Source: Anaerolineae bacterium (GTDB lineage: Bacteria; Chloroflexota; Anaerolineae; B4-G1; DUEL01). From it: a stretch of DNA of 64,000 bases. The position numbers were made by a program, and so were the translations under genes. The notes beneath the pieces were generated by a model, which had not been told where the DNA came from, ran no database searches, and was given only the letters and a program-made list of their open reading frames with translations. Positions within the stretch are counted from its first letter, which is position 1. Each line of letters begins with the position of its first letter. The stretch spans positions 397 through 64,396 of the forward strand of contig JAFGEI010000022.1 in the NCBI GenBank assembly GCA_016931695.1. The letters run 5' to 3'. This document shows positions 58,864 to 64,000 of this stretch, piece by piece.

Positions 58864-59238
58864 ATGGCAGGAAAATCCCGTACTGAAAGAATGGTGGAAC
58901 GCCTGCGCGAACTGCAGATGAGCACACCGGATATTGAAGCCTCGGCTGTGGTGAGCGTGGATGGGCTGAGCATCGCTTCCTCCCTGCCGGGAGACGTAGA
59001 GGAGGATCGGGTCTCGGCAATGTCTGCCGCTATGCTGTCGCTGGGCGAGCGGATTGCCAGCGAGCTGGGTCGGGGAAACCTGGACGAAGTATACGTAAAA
59101 GGTATCGGCGGTTACGTCATCCTGACCGCCGTTGGAGAGGAAGCGGTTTTAACCGTCTTGGCGCGCGGGGGGGCCAAATTGGGCCTCGTCTTTTTGGAAA
59201 TGCGCCGCGCAGCCGAGGAATTATCGGATATATTATAA
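58864..59238 (+). CDS. Roadblock/LC7 (MglB-like) protein
   Basis: AAGGAG RBS; SAVVSVDGL.IAS.LP..EEDRVSAMSAAMLSLGERI, KLGLVFL. Confidence 0.9.
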   Translation: MAGKSRTERMVERLRELQMSTPDIEASAVVSVDGLSIASSLPGDVEEDRVSAMSAAMLSLGERIASELGRGNLDEVYVKGIGGYVILTAVGEEAVLTVLARGGAKLGLVFLEMRRAAEELSDIL

Positions 59239-59262
59239 AGTGGATGGGACAGGAGGCATGCC

Positions 59263-59895
59263 GTGAGACGGATCGAGCCGAGTGGTAATTACTACCCGAA
59301 CAAATTGTCGCGGATTTATATCCTCGCCATCGAGGAAGTAATGGGGAAAAATGGCTTGAACGCCATTCTCAATCTGGCTGGTCTCTCCCACCTGATTGAC
59401 AATTATCCCCCCGATGACTTTGACAAAGAATTCGATTTTGCCGACTTTTCGGCCCTGAACTGGGCGCTGGAAGAGATGTACGGCCCCCGCGGCGGCCGTG
59501 GCCTGCAGCTGCGGGCCGGGCGCGCCGCATTTGCCCTGGGCCTGCCGGGTTTTGGCCCGCTGGCTGGCGTGGGCGACCTGGCCTTTAAGGTGCTGCCGCT
59601 CAGCGCCAAGCTCAAGGCCGGGCTCCCCGCTTTGGCCAAGATATTTACCCAGTTCAGCGATCAGGTGAGCAAAGTGGAGGATAAGGGGGAGTACTATACT
59701 TACACAATGGATCCCTGTCCCTGCTGCTGGGGCCGCACCGCTGACCGTCCCATCTGCTTCCCCGGAATGGGGGTTATCGAAGAGGGATTGCACTGGGTGA
59801 GCGGCGGTAAGAAATTCCGCGTGGACCAGATCTTGTGCCACGCAGTGGATGGTTCCGTTTGCACGTACGCAATTTACAAAGAGCCGATCGGCTAA
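59263..59895 (+). CDS. V4R (4-vinyl reductase)-domain protein
   Basis: AIEEVMGKNGLNAIL, EMYGPRGGRG, CPCC..PIC, C..C at C-terminus. Confidence 0.8.
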   Translation: MRRIEPSGNYYPNKLSRIYILAIEEVMGKNGLNAILNLAGLSHLIDNYPPDDFDKEFDFADFSALNWALEEMYGPRGGRGLQLRAGRAAFALGLPGFGPLAGVGDLAFKVLPLSAKLKAGLPALAKIFTQFSDQVSKVEDKGEYYTYTMDPCPCCWGRTADRPICFPGMGVIEEGLHWVSGGKKFRVDQILCHAVDGSVCTYAIYKEPIG

Positions 59896-59920
59896 CCAAT
59901 ACAAAACATTGTGAGCCCCC

Positions 59921-60793
59921 ATGGCAGAAAACCATATTCTCATCGTTGAAGACGAGCCAAACACCGCAGAAATGCTGGCTTCTTATTTCGAGGCCCAGGG
60001 ATACAAGGTCACCACCGTCAGTTGGGGCAAGGATGCCCTCGCTTTTACCAAAAAGACCCTGCCCGACCTGGTCGTGTTGGACATTCGACTGCCAGACATC
60101 GATGGCTACGAGGTCTGCCGCCAGCTGCGCAGCCACCGCCGCACCTCCCAGGTACCGATCATTTTTTTGACCGAACGGCGAGAGCGAATCGACCGCCTGG
60201 CTGGACTGGAACTGGGAGCAGTCGACTATGTCACCAAGCCGTTTGATATCCAGGAGCTGCGCCTGCGGGTGCGAAATGTCCTGCGCCGGGCAGAGCTGCC
60301 GCCGGTGACCCATCCGGTGACCGGCTTGCCCTCGGCCCGGCTGGTCGAGGAGCAACTGAACCGCTTGATGTCGGTCAAGGCCCGCTGGACCCTGATCGCC
60401 GTGGCGATCAAGGGGCTGGAACGGTTCGCCGATGTCTATGGCTTTGTGGCTCGCGACGACGTGCTGCGCGCCGTGGCGCTCATGATCCAGCGCATCGCCG
60501 ACGAGGAAGCGGGGGACAAGAAGCCGTTTGTCGGCCAGCTGGACGAGGTGGGATTCTTCCTCGTCGTCAGCCACGAGTATGCCAAGCGGGTCCGCGAACA
60601 GCTGGACACCCGCCTGCGGGAAGCGATGGTCTTTTTCTACCCCCGGACGGATTGGGAAGCCGGTCAAGATCAGGCCGGGGAGCCCCTGCCGCGGCTCTCG
60701 ATCCAGATCGGCACGATCATGGGCCCGGTGCCCTACCAAGACCTGAAGAGCCTGCGCCAGGCGATCAAGGATTCACTGGCGTCGACGGTATAA
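59921..60793 (+). CDS. Response regulator receiver + degenerate GGDEF-like domain
   Basis: ILIVEDE, VVLDIRLP, YVTKPF; HPVTGLP, F.DVYGF...DDVL, VGQLDEVGF in place of GG(D/E)EF. Confidence 0.82.
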   Translation: MAENHILIVEDEPNTAEMLASYFEAQGYKVTTVSWGKDALAFTKKTLPDLVVLDIRLPDIDGYEVCRQLRSHRRTSQVPIIFLTERRERIDRLAGLELGAVDYVTKPFDIQELRLRVRNVLRRAELPPVTHPVTGLPSARLVEEQLNRLMSVKARWTLIAVAIKGLERFADVYGFVARDDVLRAVALMIQRIADEEAGDKKPFVGQLDEVGFFLVVSHEYAKRVREQLDTRLREAMVFFYPRTDWEAGQDQAGEPLPRLSIQIGTIMGPVPYQDLKSLRQAIKDSLASTV

Positions 60794-60835
60794 CAATCAG
60801 GCTCCTCGCACCATCTTTTTCGGCTGTGCATCGCT

Positions 60836-60868
60836 GGGGTTGCGGCTGATTGGCCGCGCCCCTTTTTT
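60836..60868 (+). terminator. Possible intrinsic terminator
   Basis: Imperfect stem ggggttgcggc / gccgcgcccc followed by TTTTTT. Confidence 0.45.
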
Positions 60869-60884
60869 GTAAGGAAGTGGGCCC

Positions 60885-61619
60885 ATGCGTGTAACCGTCG
60901 TCGTTCCAACGTACAACGAGGCGGAAAACGTGGCGCCAATGACCGGGGCGCTGTTGGCACTGGCGCTGGACCTGGACGTCCTGATCGTCGACGACGAGTC
61001 CCCCGACGGCACCGGAGCGATCGCCGACCAGCTCGTCGCGCGCTACCCTGGCCGGGTGCACGTGATGCACCGCAGCGGGCCGCGCGGGCTGGGGCGCGCC
61101 TACGTCGATGGCTTCCGCTGGGCGTTGGAACACGGGGCGGAAGCGGTGGTGCAGATGGACTGCGACTTTTCCCACGCCCCCAGCGACGTCCCTCGGCTGC
61201 TGGACTGCCTGGCGCAGTACGACGTGGCGGTCGGCTCCCGCTACGTCGCGGGCGGGCGAACCGACGAAAAGTGGGAGTTGGGACGGATTCTTCTCTCCTG
61301 GTGGGCCAATTTTTACGCCCGCCTCATCCTCGGCAGCCGCATCCGCGACATTACCGCCGGCTTCAAGGCCTGGCGCAGCGAGACGCTGATCGGGATCGAC
61401 CTGAGCCGGATTCTCTCCCAGGGGTACGTGTTCCAGGTCGAGATGGCCTATGTCAGCGAGCGGCTGGGATACCGCGTGATCGAAGTCCCCATCTATTTTG
61501 AAGACCGGCGCATCGGTCAATCCAAGATGACCATGCCGGTCAAGATCGAGGCCGCGCTGCGGGTATGGGAAGTTCGCTGGCGCCACCGCCACCTGCGGCC
61601 CCACCGCCGAGACGCATGA
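60885..61619 (+). CDS. GT2 polyprenol-monophosphomannose synthase (Ppm1/DPM1-like)
   Basis: [57 protein letters not shown]. Confidence 0.9.
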   Translation: MRVTVVVPTYNEAENVAPMTGALLALALDLDVLIVDDESPDGTGAIADQLVARYPGRVHVMHRSGPRGLGRAYVDGFRWALEHGAEAVVQMDCDFSHAPSDVPRLLDCLAQYDVAVGSRYVAGGRTDEKWELGRILLSWWANFYARLILGSRIRDITAGFKAWRSETLIGIDLSRILSQGYVFQVEMAYVSERLGYRVIEVPIYFEDRRIGQSKMTMPVKIEAALRVWEVRWRHRHLRPHRRDA

Positions 61620-64000
61620 GCCGCAAATACCTCCCCCCTCTCGTCGCCGCCCTGGCCCTCTTCCTGCTGCCCTTGCTGCTCTTTGCTCCCGTCGCCCTGG
61701 GCCAGCGCACCCTGCTCCCGGCCGATGCCCTGTTCCTCTTTGAGCCGTACCGCTCTGCCGCCGACGAACTGGGCGTCGGCACGCCGCACAACAGCCTGGT
61801 CGTCGACCTGATCCTGGAGAACTATGCCTGGAAGCAGTTCCTGCACCAGGCGCTCCGGGCGCGAGAACTGCCGCTGTGGGACCCCTACATCTTTGCTGGT
61901 CACCCTTTCCTGGCCAACGGACAGCACTCGGGACTGTATCCGCTGAGCGCCCTGTTTTACGTCATGCCGCTGTGGCGCGCCTTTGGCGTCTTTGCCTGGC
62001 TGCAGTTGGCGCTGGCGGGCTGGTGGACCTACCTCTTGGCCCGCACGCTGGGCATCCGCCGCCTGGGCTCCTTGATCGCCGGAATGACCTTTTCCGGCTG
62101 CGGCTTTATGCTCGTCTCGGTCACCCATCCGATGATCGTCGCCGGTGCTTCCTGGCTGCCGTTTCTCCTGGCGATGGTGGAGCGGGTGATCCAGCAGCGG
62201 CCGCTGCTGGGAAACCGGCCCGCCACGCTGCCCTGGGCGCTACTGGGCGCACTGGGCCTGGGCTGCCAGATGCTGGCGGGCCACGCGGAGAACACCTACT
62301 TTGTGCTGCTGGTGACGGCGCTGTATACTGCCTGGCGGCTGCTCGTCCAGCTGGCGCGGCCAGGGGCGGACGGAGAGCGCGGGTTTCGCCGGGCCGCCGG
62401 GCTGCGCCGCGCCCTGGCCTGGCTGGCGCTGATGGCCGTGCTCGGCCTGGCGCTGGGGGCAGTGCAGTTCGCGCCGCTGTACGAGGTGGCGGCGGACAGC
62501 TTCCGCTCGGGCGAGGCGGCGGCGAGCCTGGAACAGGTCCGCGGCTGGGCCTATCCGCCGCGGCGGCTGATCGCCTTTGCCGTGCCCAATTTCTTTGGCA
62601 GCCCGGCCCACCACGAGACTTTTGACCTCTTCCGCTGGCGCACCGTCCCGGCGACGGAGAACGCTTACGGCGCGCCGATCTCGAGCCACGAGTGGGGCGT
62701 CAAGAACCACGTCGAGGGGGGCGCGTACCTGGGCCTGCTGCCGCTGTTCCTGGCCTTCCTGGGCGCCATCTCCCAACCTGCTGCCCAGACCGCAACCCAA
62801 CGCGGAGGTAGATTGGCCGCCTGGCTCCGCCATCCGCACATTCCCTTTTTCTCGCTGCTCAGCCTCTTTTCCCTCGGCTGCATCTTTGGCACGCCGCTCT
62901 ACGCCCTGGTCTATCTCCTGCCCTACATCCGCCAGTCCCACTCACCCTTCCGCTGGGTCTTTCCCCTCAGCCTGTCGGTAGCGGTGCTGGCGGGGTTTGG
63001 GGTGGAGGTGGTGCAAAAAACGAGACGGGGAGACAAGGAGGCAGGGGAACGAGGAGACAAAAGGAGAGTGTTTGCCCCGTGCAATGTCTTGCTCCTCTAT
63101 ACAGCTCCCTCGACAGTCAGCGTTCTGGCCGCCCTCGCCTTCTGGGGCGGAGTGGTCACGCTGGCCGGACTGGCGCTCAGCCGCGTCGTTTTCGCCGCCA
63201 TCGAGCCGTTGGTGGAGCGGGCCTTTTGGGGCCTGGCCCTGGCCCCCAGCGCCTTTCCCGACCACCGCATTTTTTACTCGTACGAGTTCAAGTGGGTCGC
63301 CCTGTTCGGCCTGCTGCTCACCGCCACCGGGATCGTCCTCCGCGTCAGCCGCTGCCCCATCTACCTGCGCCGCCGCCCGCTGTGGGAGGTGCTGGCAGCC
63401 GTGCTGCTGGCCCTCGACCTGGCTTCCTTCGGCGCGGGGTTCCACGCCGCCGCGGACCCGGCGCTGTTGGACCACGTCCCGGCGGTGGTCGAGTTTCTGC
63501 AGCAGGACACTTCCCCCTGGCGCTATGCCACCTTCACGCCCCCCGGCACCACCAAGACGATGAACGTCAACGTGGGCATGTTCTACAACCTGCAAACCGT
63601 CGCCGGGTACGACTCGCTCTTTTCCCGCCAGTACGCCGATTTCATGGGCCTGATCGAGGAACAGGACGAGCTGCTGTACAACCGCATCGCTTCTTTCAGC
63701 GACTGGTCGAGCCTCGACAGCCCGCTGCTCGACCTGCTCAACGTCAAGTACATCGTCACCGAAGTCGAGATCCCCAATCCCAGCAAGTACCGCCGGGTCT
63801 ACCAGGACGAGGCGGTGCGGGTGTACGAGAACCTGGCGGTGCTGCCCCGCGCCTTTAGCCTGCCCGCCACGGCGACCATCGTCGCCGACGACGTCGCCGC
63901 AGCACTGCGCACATACGATCCCCACCAGTACGTCGTTGTCGAGCCGCCGGCCGCCGTCAGCGCCGGCCTGCCCTCCATGCTCGTCCTGCCCGCCGCGCCG
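61616..64000 (+). CDS. YfhO-like GT-C membrane protein, partial (runs off right edge)
   Basis: ATGA overlap with the GT2 stop; [26 protein letters not shown], many TM helices, [19 protein letters not shown]; absent from the ORF track because it has no stop. Confidence 0.8.
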   Translation, partial: MSRKYLPPLVAALALFLLPLLLFAPVALGQRTLLPADALFLFEPYRSAADELGVGTPHNSLVVDLILENYAWKQFLHQALRARELPLWDPYIFAGHPFLANGQHSGLYPLSALFYVMPLWRAFGVFAWLQLALAGWWTYLLARTLGIRRLGSLIAGMTFSGCGFMLVSVTHPMIVAGASWLPFLLAMVERVIQQRPLLGNRPATLPWALLGALGLGCQMLAGHAENTYFVLLVTALYTAWRLLVQLARPGADGERGFRRAAGLRRALAWLALMAVLGLALGAVQFAPLYEVAADSFRSGEAAASLEQVRGWAYPPRRLIAFAVPNFFGSPAHHETFDLFRWRTVPATENAYGAPISSHEWGVKNHVEGGAYLGLLPLFLAFLGAISQPAAQTATQRGGRLAAWLRHPHIPFFSLLSLFSLGCIFGTPLYALVYLLPYIRQSHSPFRWVFPLSLSVAVLAGFGVEVVQKTRRGDKEAGERGDKRRVFAPCNVLLLYTAPSTVSVLAALAFWGGVVTLAGLALSRVVFAAIEPLVERAFWGLALAPSAFPDHRIFYSYEFKWVALFGLLLTATGIVLRVSRCPIYLRRRPLWEVLAAVLLALDLASFGAGFHAAADPALLDHVPAVVEFLQQDTSPWRYATFTPPGTTKTMNVNVGMFYNLQTVAGYDSLFSRQYADFMGLIEEQDELLYNRIASFSDWSSLDSPLLDLLNVKYIVTEVEIPNPSKYRRVYQDEAVRVYENLAVLPRAFSLPATATIVADDVAAALRTYDPHQYVVVEPPAAVSAGLPSMLVLPAAP

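Overview
High-GC bacterial genomic window; gene content (fused glyQS, YLPxV-tailed secreted proteins, expanded GT-C membrane proteins) suggests Chloroflexota/Anaerolineae, which is an inference. Bases 1-21216 hold an accessory, all-minus-strand cluster that is the best candidate for a new system. It encodes three paralogous nSTAND-type NTPase-TM-WD40 proteins, a CHAT-SIR2 fusion, a CHAT-TPR protein, two gingipain/C25-like cysteine peptidases and a coupled ORF running off the left edge. Together these look like a receptor-plus-protease-cascade conflict or signalling module. The rest is mostly housekeeping and envelope genes: glpK, class II aldolase, NUDIX-GNAT, pdxS/pdxT, three secreted proteins (one an M6-like protease with HDxxH), an AbrB-MFP-ABC exporter, Fur/PerR-ferritin, surE, a GT2/phosphodiesterase/GT-C glycosylation cluster, uvrC, glyQS, recO, comEA, roadblock-V4R-response regulator, GT2 and a partial YfhO-like gene. 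Also present are a mosaic family of ~140-150 nt long-hairpin elements, REP-like palindromes (one in frame inside a CDS) and short 7/8-mer tandem repeats inside coding linkers. No rRNA, tRNA, CRISPR array or transposase was seen. Many starts were moved from the ORF track on RBS, overlap or homology grounds. All domain calls come from motif recognition by eye, not database searches.
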